DNA of 64,000 nucleotides from Veleropilina oligotropha (Eukaryota): NCBI GenBank assembly GCA_048128005.1, contig JBEUKZ010000008.1, positions 558,001 to 622,000 of the forward strand, read 5' to 3'. Shown piece by piece: positions 22,213 to 31,287 of this stretch (position 1 is its first letter; each line of letters starts with the position of its first letter). The notes under the pieces were generated by a model. It saw only the letters and a program-made list of their open reading frames with translations, ran no database searches and was not told where the DNA came from. The position numbers and the translations under genes were made by a program.

Positions 22213-22452
22213 CTACTTCAATATATCGGCCGGAATGATGCCTTGCTTGATCAGCATGTCTTTCGTCGCCATGGCGAGCGCTACGTCGAGGACGACCATC
22301 CCGACATCGTAGCCCGTGAAGTCCAGTTTGGGGCTCGCTCCCTTGAATACCATCTTTGTCAGGCGTGCGTAGCCTATGGCGAGGCCTGACACTATAGCGG
22401 CGTGGTATACAGCGTTGCCGAGCATCTTTCCATCAGTGATTGGGGTAGTCAT
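22213..22452 (-). CDS. 79-aa hydrophobic protein
   Basis: Nearly identical protein at 57648..57887, with mostly synonymous differences. Confidence 0.8.
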   Translation of the reverse strand: MTTPITDGKMLGNAVYHAAIVSGLAIGYARLTKMVFKGASPKLDFTGYDVGMVVLDVALAMATKDMLIKQGIIPADILK

Positions 22453-22477
22453 AACTGTTGATTAGTACCGTTTGCGA

Positions 22478-22969
22478 CTATTGCATATGAAAAGGGTTCT
22501 GCTTCTTCAATTCGATAGTGGGGGCGGCCCGAGAGCACCGAGCGTCCGCGTCTGGTGGCTGTTGATGTGGTGTGGATGGACCAGGGTTGCTGCGTTCTGA
22601 GGACGTCTTCCAGACAACAAATACCAACGCAGCCGTACCGGCAGCGACGGCTACCTGGGTCCAATTAAATTGGTCCGATTTCTGTGTATCTGGCGCACGC
22701 GGTCTTTCTGCGGCTGGAACCGCCTCCCCGGGCTGTTCTGATGGAACGACAACACTTGTTGGGGCACTCAGGTCTTCTTTCATTTTTCGAACCGCGGCCA
22801 GTAGCTTCTCCTGCTTGGCTTTTCGAGCAGCAGCGCCGGCCCTCCCTGCAGCCACTTTTTTCGGGTCCTTTTTACTCACTGATGAGTCCGTCGAAGAAGT
22901 CACCCTCTCTATCGGCTGGCTCTCGATCGGCTGTCTCTCGATCACTTGGTCCACTTCCGGCGTTGTCAT
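22478..22969 (-). CDS. Protein with a basic KDPKKVAAGRAGAAARKAK motif and a C-proximal TM-like segment
   Basis: The motif and the terminal NPFHM are conserved in element 2 (57900-58394, frameshifted there). Confidence 0.7.
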   Translation of the reverse strand: MTTPEVDQVIERQPIESQPIERVTSSTDSSVSKKDPKKVAAGRAGAAARKAKQEKLLAAVRKMKEDLSAPTSVVVPSEQPGEAVPAAERPRAPDTQKSDQFNWTQVAVAAGTAALVFVVWKTSSERSNPGPSTPHQQPPDADARCSRAAPTIELKKQNPFHMQ

Positions 22970-23627
22970 CTTGATCTGGTATCTTAGGCGGGCAAACATG
23001 TCCAAATTGGCAGTGCTTAGCCGTGGTCAACGCTGCGGTCAGCGGTGCGAGGTACATGCCATATTTATAATACAGCTCACAGCTTGCAGTGGTCAGGGCA
23101 TGTGAGATGAACGGGTCGGCCTCCAGGTCGGCGATCAGTCGTAGCTGGTTTGCTGGTGGAATGGGCAGGAACATCCCAGCTGCCCCCGCGTAGAGATGAA
23201 TAGCTGAAGTCCCCAGAGTCTTCGTCACATCGGCACCGAGTTTCGCTTCATACCTCGCGTGGTGCTTTTCGACCTCGTCGTCAGTCATGTCGTCTATCCG
23301 GTCCACTGTGAGGTTACGCCCCATGTATCGGTGGGCCTGTCCTCCAACGGCTAAGGCTGCAAGCCTCTCACGCTTTGCCGCGCAAACGGAACTTGCGACT
23401 CCACTGTTACTGACAGGTTCCTTGCCATCGGGAGTCAAGCGACAGCTGTTGATGGTCGTTTCTTGTTCGTCATCCATGAGTTGATCGATGAGGCTGTCCA
23501 TCCTGAAGCGTTTCCAGCATCGCCTCACCGGTCTAATATAACTGTAAATCCAATACCACAATGTAGCGAGTAGGAGCAAGATCAGGCTCTGGCTGAAAGC
23601 AAAAGCTAGATATACAGCGTCCGACAT
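22872..23627 (-). CDS. 251-aa protein with an N-terminal TM-like segment, function unknown
   Basis: Conserved with 58300..59064. Confidence 0.8.
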   Translation of the reverse strand: MSDAVYLAFAFSQSLILLLLATLWYWIYSYIRPVRRCWKRFRMDSLIDQLMDDEQETTINSCRLTPDGKEPVSNSGVASSVCAAKRERLAALAVGGQAHRYMGRNLTVDRIDDMTDDEVEKHHARYEAKLGADVTKTLGTSAIHLYAGAAGMFLPIPPANQLRLIADLEADPFISHALTTASCELYYKYGMYLAPLTAALTTAKHCQFGHVCPPKIPDQDDNAGSGPSDRETADREPADREGDFFDGLISE

Positions 23628-23690
23628 GCTGGGTAGATGCTCAGTAGACTACAGCTTGCTGGGTAGATGCTCAGTAGACTACAGCTTGCT
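23627..23690 (+). repeat. 30-bp tandem duplication in the intergenic spacer
   Basis: tgctgggtagatgctcagtagactacagct twice. Confidence 0.9.
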
Positions 23691-24321
23691 AAAGCACAAT
23701 ATAAGCAACGGGCTGATCAGTTTTCAACAGAAGCTTAGCGTGTCGTGTCTCGGCCAACAGCCGGCGAACCTCGGTCCGTTCATCCTGCGACGGGATTACA
23801 TCGTTCTCGCGCAGACAGTCCTCGAAACTGTCGCGGTCCTTGCAATGGAACAGCGCGACCCAGCGGGTCTGCTCTCTGAGCTCCTTCAAGACCGAGTTGT
23901 ACTTTTGCGTCACTACCCATACGCTCTGGGAAGCATGCCTGCCGCTGAAGGCCAACAAAGTCAGCATGTCCCTCCTCTTTGCCATAGCCTTGCTCGCGGC
24001 GCAGTCATCGATGATATATAAAGTTGATTCCCCCTGAAACAGTCGGTAGAACCCCCGCAGCCAGTCATGGAGTCGCTCACCCGGGGGGACTAAATACACC
24101 TCAGGGTCGGTCCAGATCCACGGACAAGACTGGTATGCTTTGTTGTACTTGATCGTGGGGCAGAGGACCACGATATGCCGGAAGACGCCTCGATACTCCC
24201 CTTCCAGCAGTTCAAGCATGAAAACCGTCTTCCCACAGCCCGTCTGGCCGCATATGATTGCGGAGTGGGGGTCCTTGGTGTGCGGAAATCGTTTAGTACA
24301 GTGCTTCGACGAATCGGCCAT
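23689..24321 (-). CDS. A32-like (FtsK/HerA superfamily) genome-packaging ATPase
   Basis: Walker A GQTGCGKT, Walker B YIIDD, arginine motif FSGRH and VTQKY. Confidence 0.93.
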   Translation of the reverse strand: MADSSKHCTKRFPHTKDPHSAIICGQTGCGKTVFMLELLEGEYRGVFRHIVVLCPTIKYNKAYQSCPWIWTDPEVYLVPPGERLHDWLRGFYRLFQGESTLYIIDDCAASKAMAKRRDMLTLLAFSGRHASQSVWVVTQKYNSVLKELREQTRWVALFHCKDRDSFEDCLRENDVIPSQDERTEVRRLLAETRHAKLLLKTDQPVAYIVL

Positions 24322-25594
24322 TCTCGATATTCAGCTGTGCGTCCATGATCACGAACTCGTAGACGTTCAGTGGACCGGCCGCTTCGGCTGTTTTAGTGAT
24401 CTGAATAGTAATGCCTTCGCTGGCGTTCTCGACCCTCCGGCCTGACCCGTGCAACTGATCGTCGTCAGTTACCCGCATATCGATCCAGAGCGCAAATTTC
24501 TTAGTCAGAAATTCGCCCAGGGTGACGTCTGCCATCTCCAAGTCCTTTGCGACCATCGCGACCTCAGGATGCCGCTTGCTGCAGCCGGAGGCAAACATTT
24601 TCTTGGCTTCTTCCCAGATCTGGTATGTTCGCATGCCCTGGCTGTAGATTTGATTCGGGACACCCTCGATTGTGACCTCGACCTTTGTGATCTTCGGATT
24701 ATAGAAGGCCTCAGTATCGCGAGAGAATGGCGCGGCGTCTCTCGCAGGGTCCTCGAACAACAGTAGTATTCCTTTCATCGACCTCGCCGGTACGTTCACA
24801 TTCATATTCCACAACGAGTCGCTCTTGTCTAGGGTGAGCTTCCGATGCCGGAGAACACGGTCGTACAGGATTACGAGTTGACCCTGGTATTGATTTCGAA
24901 TCCGTCTGGCAAGCTCGGATTGGGTTACCATGTCATATTCGAGGGATATATTGTCGATGGAATAGCTGGAACCGGAGTCGTCCGTCTCCCGGATAGTCCG
25001 GGAGTAGTCGTTGAACGTTAGCTCATACTCGAGACGGTCTCCAAGGGCGCTTTGATAGAATGGCATGTGACTTTCCAACAGCTCGAAATCCAGCGGGATG
25101 CGGAATCGGTTACCGTACGCGGCCGCGACCGCGACATCCTCAGACAGTCTAAAGGCGTCTGCCGCACCAACACGATGCTTCGTAGTGTTGTGCCCATCGC
25201 TGGTATCAATCCCCTGGTACTGGGCGTTCTTGCGCTCCCCGGTGGTCTTCCAGAGATCGCAGTAGCAGTGGTACACGTCGGAGTCGTCAATCGACATGAT
25301 CTCGTTTCCACTTATCTTTATCGTGGTCTTTCTGATCACGGCACGGCCGATATTTTGCACTACAGTCCTATTCGCATTTACCGAGGTCAGTGAGATGGTA
25401 AATGCAAGGTGGGCAGTCCCTGGAACGATCACGTCATTCGCCCCGAGATTAGGGAACCGAACCAGGAGCTGCTGGTTCGGGGCAATCGTTGATGGATTGT
25501 TTGTAATCGTGACCGACTGGCGGATGCCCTTGACTGCGAGGGGCTCACGCAGCCTGCGGTATGGATTAAGCTTGCGTCCGTATACGCTAGTCAT
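24293..25594 (-). CDS. Probable major capsid protein (double jelly-roll), 433 aa
   Basis: Size, beta-rich pattern, adjacency to the ATPase and strong conservation with 59701..61005. First ATG is at 25594; the track used a TTG. Confidence 0.75.
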   Translation of the reverse strand: MTSVYGRKLNPYRRLREPLAVKGIRQSVTITNNPSTIAPNQQLLVRFPNLGANDVIVPGTAHLAFTISLTSVNANRTVVQNIGRAVIRKTTIKISGNEIMSIDDSDVYHCYCDLWKTTGERKNAQYQGIDTSDGHNTTKHRVGAADAFRLSEDVAVAAAYGNRFRIPLDFELLESHMPFYQSALGDRLEYELTFNDYSRTIRETDDSGSSYSIDNISLEYDMVTQSELARRIRNQYQGQLVILYDRVLRHRKLTLDKSDSLWNMNVNVPARSMKGILLLFEDPARDAAPFSRDTEAFYNPKITKVEVTIEGVPNQIYSQGMRTYQIWEEAKKMFASGCSKRHPEVAMVAKDLEMADVTLGEFLTKKFALWIDMRVTDDDQLHGSGRRVENASEGITIQITKTAEAAGPLNVYEFVIMDAQLNIENGRFVEALY

Positions 25595-25630
25595 GGCTGA
25601 ATTAGATGCGTATCCCACTGATGTATTCAA

Positions 25631-26947
25631 ATGGCGGAATTCGAGAACCCCGCATTCGAGCCGGACGATCTCATCGACAACGATGATACCATCATCGACG
25701 ATACTGATGTGGATCTATCCACCGACCGGTTTATGCCTGTTCTTTCGGAACGGCCACAGGAAGGAACCAGCAGTCTTCAGCAAGAGCTCGTTCAGGGCGT
25801 AGTTGACGACTACTACAAAGCCCTGGCACAGGAGGGGCAGACCCCAGCCGCAGGGCGAGATTATTCAAAATTCAAGTATGTGAGGGGAAAATTAGGGAGG
25901 GGGGGAAAATTGGTGATGACGGACTACCCCGACATCAATCTCATAAATTCTCGTACCGGCAACCCCTTGGCGTTATCAACAATAGCTGGCCGGCCTGGTG
26001 GGGGTGATGCCATCCGAGATCTGGGTTTTGTAAACTGGAAGCGGGTAGGGGGACGACAAAAGCCGTCCTCAAAAGCGGTTGCAGCTCTTCAGACAGCCGA
26101 CAACGAGTTGAGCGGTGCGGCCGCTAATGTCGAAAACGTAGAACTGCGGGACTTGGGGCAGACTGCTACTGATGCCTCGGTAGCAATCCACACGATGGAG
26201 ACGAAATTCACTGATACCGAGGTTGAAGAGATCTTAGGCACAATGGGGGACCCTCCATTAAATCTTCGCGAGCTTCGCGGACTTGACAAGGCGATGCAGA
26301 CCATCCGAGGCGAACTAACCAACAATCTAGCCAAACTAACGGCGCTGGACGAACACATAGAGCTGGAGAAGATGAAGCTCGATCAGGCAGATGAAGAGGG
26401 CGGTGTGGATGAGTTCATCCGTCGACGGATCGCGGAACGTCTGCGCGACCTGAATGATGAAAGAGCAGCTCGCCTAGAGGCAGCATCATCAAGCCGGGAG
26501 GCCCTTCGCTCTCAAATCAGCCGGATCCGAGAGATGATAAGTCGGATCCTGAACACCGACACAACGCTGGCCGAGCGTATCCGGACCCTGTTCCGCGAGC
26601 AAGGGGTCACGATCGCAACAATACTCACCGCTATCGGGCTCGCCATCTCGACTTTGGTACTAGCCCTGACAGGTGGAGCAACAAGCCCGCCAACGCCACC
26701 ACCACCTCCCAGTGGTCAGGGCGGGGTCAAGGAGTGGGTAAAAAAGCAGCTGAAGACCCTGGGTCGGATTCTGGGCAAGCTAGCAGGGAAGGCCGCAGCC
26801 GTGCTCCCAGGAATACTTGGAAGCCTGGTCTCCTGGCTAATCAACCTGATTGGCAAGACAGCATCGTGGCTCGCTGAAAACCTATGGGCACTGGTCATAT
26901 CAGTTGGGGGCTTGCTTCTTATTGCCGCTAGACAGTGGGTCACGTAA
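25631..26947 (+). CDS. 438-aa coiled-coil protein with C-terminal hydrophobic/amphipathic helices
   Basis: Acidic N-terminus (FENPAF), long coiled coil, then GVTIATILTAIGLAISTLVLAL and further hydrophobic helices. Conserved with 61048..62373. Confidence 0.8.
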   Translation: MAEFENPAFEPDDLIDNDDTIIDDTDVDLSTDRFMPVLSERPQEGTSSLQQELVQGVVDDYYKALAQEGQTPAAGRDYSKFKYVRGKLGRGGKLVMTDYPDINLINSRTGNPLALSTIAGRPGGGDAIRDLGFVNWKRVGGRQKPSSKAVAALQTADNELSGAAANVENVELRDLGQTATDASVAIHTMETKFTDTEVEEILGTMGDPPLNLRELRGLDKAMQTIRGELTNNLAKLTALDEHIELEKMKLDQADEEGGVDEFIRRRIAERLRDLNDERAARLEAASSSREALRSQISRIREMISRILNTDTTLAERIRTLFREQGVTIATILTAIGLAISTLVLALTGGATSPPTPPPPPSGQGGVKEWVKKQLKTLGRILGKLAGKAAAVLPGILGSLVSWLINLIGKTASWLAENLWALVISVGGLLLIAARQWVT

Positions 26948-28223
26948 GCCAAATGAACGCTAGGCCAACGACAATGCCGCCCACGATAAGTGCGGTTTTC
27001 TCCTCGTCATGTGCCGCTGGAACAGCCGCCACTGAGGCCACAGCTGGCAGAGAGCTTGGATGCTTCGGAGTAACTACCGGTATGCTTGCATCTGCGTCTT
27101 GTGGAATAACCAGTCCTGTTTCTCCAGTATCCCCAGTGGCGTTGGGCGGCACAGGATTGGCCGCGTTCACCGTAGTATTAAGACCGAGTGTCTGGTCTTC
27201 CGTGGCGACGACGATCTCATTGTTATAACCAGCCACCTGCCCGATCCGTAGAAGCATGTTACTTGGCGCCATGTACAGGCCAACGCCGAATACGAAGTCC
27301 ACTTTGGACCTCGCATACTGGAGCACCTCTTGGTACCGTTTGATGGCTGCTGGGAGGTCAACGGGGGATGCGATGGCGTCTTCCACGTTCGCCAGGAACT
27401 GTTTCTGTGCGTCAAACGCCGTCCCACTACCCAGAATACTTGCACGCGTTTGAGCCTGCGCTCCAAGAATAGCCCAGACGTAGGTCCTGATGGAATCATT
27501 GAGCCTTTCCACGCCGGCCCTCGTGAATCCCACCGACCTGTCCAGAATAAAAGTAGCCCAACCGTTTTTAAGTGCAGGCGCTTGCGCGATGTAGTCCACG
27601 TGCAGATTCGTGTTGGTCGTACCTTTGGTGAAGGACATTCGGCTTGGATCATAGTCACGTCCGATGGGGTGGTAGCCGTTGTTCGTCCAGTAGCTGTAAG
27701 CGGTGCCTAGTCCGCCGTTGGGACCCTTGACACGCCAGTCGGTATGGGGAGACACCCCAAATTCGCTGCAGATCTTCTCATATGCCCTGCGGTCATACGG
27801 GTTGTCGAATGCATCCCACGTCCGGTCCTGTGGCAGCGGCGCCTGAATTTCGGATAAGATTCGTCTGACCTGATAGTAGACGTGGAAGGTGAATACAGCA
27901 GTGGAGAGGGGGTCGGTCGCATTTAAGTGGTCTTCTGAGGAGATTCCGGAACCTGTTGTGGCACACCAAACTGCGAAATTGACCTTGTTCTGCCAGAACC
28001 TCATCGGCGTGCTGTTCCAATCCCTTATCAGCCCGTCACTAGCGACATGAGGGAGGCGGTATTTCTGAAAGACGTCAGGGTATGTTGCCCCGAATGTAGT
28101 GGTTGAGCTATTACCCACATTGATGCTTGGTCTCGTAAGCTGCTCATCTTTGATCTTTGCTGGGTACACCACACCGGTCGGATAGGCCGCACTCCTATTA
28201 AACGCAAAGGCGCTCTTAGCCAT
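26940..28223 (-). CDS. 427-aa protein with a C-terminal TM anchor, function unknown
   Basis: Ends ALIVGGIVVGLAFIWLT; conserved with 62342-63639. Confidence 0.8.
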   Translation of the reverse strand: MAKSAFAFNRSAAYPTGVVYPAKIKDEQLTRPSINVGNSSTTTFGATYPDVFQKYRLPHVASDGLIRDWNSTPMRFWQNKVNFAVWCATTGSGISSEDHLNATDPLSTAVFTFHVYYQVRRILSEIQAPLPQDRTWDAFDNPYDRRAYEKICSEFGVSPHTDWRVKGPNGGLGTAYSYWTNNGYHPIGRDYDPSRMSFTKGTTNTNLHVDYIAQAPALKNGWATFILDRSVGFTRAGVERLNDSIRTYVWAILGAQAQTRASILGSGTAFDAQKQFLANVEDAIASPVDLPAAIKRYQEVLQYARSKVDFVFGVGLYMAPSNMLLRIGQVAGYNNEIVVATEDQTLGLNTTVNAANPVPPNATGDTGETGLVIPQDADASIPVVTPKHPSSLPAVASVAAVPAAHDEEKTALIVGGIVVGLAFIWLT

Positions 28224-28230
28224 AGCTACT

Positions 28231-28971
28231 ATGTTTCACACATTAACAAACGTTCAAGAGGGGACCGCGGTTGCCCTCCTGGAGCCGATTGATAACCGGG
28301 ACGGCAAGCTATGTGTCAGCTTGCAGTCGCTCGACTATTGGGTAGGCTGGCACAACGTGCATGCCGGAGCCTTCTTTAAGACACCGGATACCACGGTCGA
28401 CGTGGCACCAGGTTTCTACAGCTTCGATGACCTCGCCAAGACGATGAAGAGGTCGCTAGTTAACCTACAACTAGATGTAAGCCATGCTACAGGGCTCGCC
28501 CGAATCGTGGTCCCAGAGGGGACTCGACTCGCGATAAGCGACGATATACGAAAACTCCTCGGCTTAGACCTCTCTTCGTTTATTCTCGATAAAGCAGGGA
28601 ATCTGAACCAACCGGTTCGGGGAGTACAGGGCCAACCACCTCCCCCTCCGGAGAGATCCGAGTGGCTACGCCCTGGGACTTATGACGGGAATAAGCCTGT
28701 CGGGTTTGCCATAGCGCCAACCCTGCACGTCCACCTGGAGCAGCTTAGTACAACGCACAATGTGAAGGACGGCGCCCCGAGCACTATTCTCGCGGTGGTC
28801 CCTATCACGTCGCAGATGTTCGGTGAAGCTGGCCACTATCATAGCTATCCCGCCGGCCGGCGACTACAGGCCGGGCTAATCACAGAGTTGAAGGTGTACG
28901 TCACAGACGCAGACAGTAACCCGATCGACAATCACGGCATGCCCATTACCGCAGTCCTTGCGATACAATGA
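28231..28971 (+). CDS. Probable minor capsid protein (penton, single jelly-roll)
   Basis: The C-terminal pattern STILAVVPI...ITELKVYVTDADSNPIDNHGMPITAVLAI matches the Polinton penton-type signature. Homolog starts at 63644. Confidence 0.75.
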   Translation: MFHTLTNVQEGTAVALLEPIDNRDGKLCVSLQSLDYWVGWHNVHAGAFFKTPDTTVDVAPGFYSFDDLAKTMKRSLVNLQLDVSHATGLARIVVPEGTRLAISDDIRKLLGLDLSSFILDKAGNLNQPVRGVQGQPPPPPERSEWLRPGTYDGNKPVGFAIAPTLHVHLEQLSTTHNVKDGAPSTILAVVPITSQMFGEAGHYHSYPAGRRLQAGLITELKVYVTDADSNPIDNHGMPITAVLAIQ

Positions 28972-29330
28972 GCAGCATCTACGGGACCCTCCCCCTACCC
29001 CTGCTTGCAGACGAGCCCTCTTCCCCCCCGTCCCGGTGGCACTTTGTCCTTAATTGTGGGGTAGCGCCCAATAAGGGGCTGGCGAGGAGGGAGTTCATGT
29101 TTCCAAACACTAGAGGTCGGTTCGGGTTGAACCCAGCCCTTCTAATGATCCACCTGACGCCGGTCCAGCCGGCCGGGGGCCCCAAGGCATGTTCCATAAG
29201 TAAACTCAGCCTGGATTCGGATAAGTTAACCCTCGCCTTTGTCGTCAAGGCCCCGTGGGTCGGCACTCTGTATTTGAACGTTACAGTAGACATTTTAAAC
29301 AAACAGGCGGAACAATACAGCCACGTATGA
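28968..29330 (+). CDS. 120-aa protein, function unknown
   Basis: Fills the gap exactly, with ATGA overlaps at both ends. No second copy lies in the window to confirm it. Confidence 0.6.
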   Translation: MSSIYGTLPLPLLADEPSSPPSRWHFVLNCGVAPNKGLARREFMFPNTRGRFGLNPALLMIHLTPVQPAGGPKACSISKLSLDSDKLTLAFVVKAPWVGTLYLNVTVDILNKQAEQYSHV

Positions 29331-29962
29331 TGGACAACAAACCCTCAGCGCCAACGCTGTACCCACAGCTTGGTGGCGATGTGCCTTCGGAACTGCATGA
29401 GGCACAGTCTTTCCGACTACAGAAAGTGAATGAGCTTCAGGGACAGCTAGAGCGAGAACGGGACACACGGGCTGCATTATATAAAAAGTACCGACGAGGT
29501 GTTAACGTCATTGACGGGATAGATAACGGGCTAGTCGTCGCCACACTTGGTATGGGTAGCGCTGGAATTGGTCTACTGTCCACAATTGTAGCCGCCCCGG
29601 TCGTCCTAGTGCTGGAACTAGCGGCATTAGGGTGTGGGCTCGCTAGTATGGGTGGAAAGTATATCAGCCGGCGCCTCGGGGTGAAGGCTAAGAAACACGA
29701 CGAGATTCGAGTCCTGGCCGACAGCAAGCTGAATACCATAACCGACCACGTCTCAAAGGCATTATCGGACGGGGTGATGTCTGATGATGAATTCCAACTG
29801 GTCACAGGGGAGATGGAGAAATATCAAGCCATGAAGGCATCAATCCGGGATAAGAGTAGGAAGGCGCACACCGCGATTTCACAGACCCAAAGCGAGCTTA
29901 TTGAGCGAGGTCGTTTAGAGGGTCGCGCAGAGCTGCTGAAAAAAATCGGAGCTGGCGACTAA
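29327..29962 (+). CDS. 211-aa helical protein with a central hydrophobic hairpin and N-terminal PSAP/LYPQL motifs
   Basis: MMDNKPSAPTLYPQL..., two hydrophobic helices, then KHDEIRVLADSKLNTI...SKALSDGVMSDDEF. I recognise this pattern from Polinton/adintovirus-associated proteins. Confidence 0.8.
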   Translation: MMDNKPSAPTLYPQLGGDVPSELHEAQSFRLQKVNELQGQLERERDTRAALYKKYRRGVNVIDGIDNGLVVATLGMGSAGIGLLSTIVAAPVVLVLELAALGCGLASMGGKYISRRLGVKAKKHDEIRVLADSKLNTITDHVSKALSDGVMSDDEFQLVTGEMEKYQAMKASIRDKSRKAHTAISQTQSELIERGRLEGRAELLKKIGAGD

Positions 29963-30044
29963 CTATCCAGGTTGAGCGTAGCCACGACTACCCCGCTCCT
30001 CCCCCGTATTAAAGCTAGAAATCGACAGTGATATCTGGACAGCC

Positions 30045-30476
30045 ATGAAATCCATGAAATCTATGCTACTGTGCATTGTCGCGGTGTGCTGGCTAGGGGG
30101 TACCACCCAGGCGTCGACACACGACACTGCATTAATTCTCGAACACACGTGGGCTAGGTACCGAAATCATCCCAGGTATAACGCCCGATTCGATCACTTG
30201 CGTAGAAACTTGCTACTACGCCCGGGTAGAGACCCCACCCCTGATGTCTCCCCACCATCGTGCCACTATTTTATTATCGGAGAAAATGACTGTAGCCGGG
30301 CTGCCACACCCCGAGACACTGTCACATGTGTCCAGTGTTCGACCCCCTCGTTATGTCCTGGAAAAAATGGGGAGTATTATACCATGCTGTCTGGCTGCTT
30401 CGGTGTGTGGAGAAAAGTCGGACACATCTCACCCTGTAATTGTACTCTAGCAAGCGGTAACTATATATTCATATAA
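30045..30476 (+). CDS. Secreted Cys-rich prepropeptide-like protein, 143 aa
   Basis: Signal-peptide-like MLLCIVAVCWLGGTTQA, a basic pro-region (LRR...RPGR) and a C-terminal region with 8 Cys. Good initiation context (gccATG). Confidence 0.7.
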   Translation: MKSMKSMLLCIVAVCWLGGTTQASTHDTALILEHTWARYRNHPRYNARFDHLRRNLLLRPGRDPTPDVSPPSCHYFIIGENDCSRAATPRDTVTCVQCSTPSLCPGKNGEYYTMLSGCFGVWRKVGHISPCNCTLASGNYIFI

Positions 30477-30685
30477 ACAGCTGCTTGTGAAATCTCTTGC
30501 CATACACTATGTCACAGCTGGTTATATAAACATTTTTCAGGTCGACGAGAGCGACCTCTGTCCGATTTATGAATGAAATACCTCGCATCAATAAGTTACT
30601 AGTCGAACCTGGTCACGTGTAGTATTAATACAGCCTGCCGGCTGTCTATACAGTACAACCTATTCATAGCGTTTCGCTTCGCGAT

Positions 30686-30814
30686 CTCGGGGAAACAATA
30701 GACGCCTAATAGCCTAATGAGTTTCTCAGCGGGTATGAATATATATTCTTCTATTATCAAGACATGCCAAATCCGGGTATTTAAAATACCTCGGCCGCGT
30801 ATTGTTTCCCCGAG
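30686..30814. repeat. 15-bp inverted repeat pair inside element 1
   Basis: ctcggggaaacaata (30686-30700) and tattgtttccccgag (30800-30814). Confidence 0.85.
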
Positions 30815-31146
30815 CTCACAAGCCGCTTATCTGTCTGGCTGGTTAACCCAGCTAAAAACAGATTTTGTCAAACGTAGTATAGAAATTGCAAGCTGTCGAT
30901 AGCTTTTGGTGACCCAGTAAAAAAAGGTTTGACCCAGTGAACAGTATCTGCTCCACTTAAAATTATTTTGTCCTGAAACGGGTCATCGCTCTAGTTACAA
31001 AGTTTTGGTCCAGATGTTTACATCTGGACAGTTTATCCTCTAAATGGAAATTCTACATGGTAACAATGATTCAGCAATATAAAGTCTACACGTGACAATG
31101 AGTCAGCAGTTATTGTCACATGTCACAATAAAGATTCTCGAGAATG

Positions 31147-31234
31147 AGCACACTAGGTCAGCCACAGGCTATGAATACACCAGGCAGTAGCACACTAGGT
31201 CAGCCACAGGCTATGAATACACCAGGCAGTAGCA
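31147..31234 (+). repeat. 42-bp perfect tandem duplication near the right TIR
   Basis: agcacactaggtcagccacaggctatgaatacaccaggcagt at 31147 and 31189. Confidence 0.95.
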
Positions 31235-31287
31235 AAGGAGGTCTCGACACGGATACAAACATACGCCAGGCCGGCCTGGGTAGTGGC

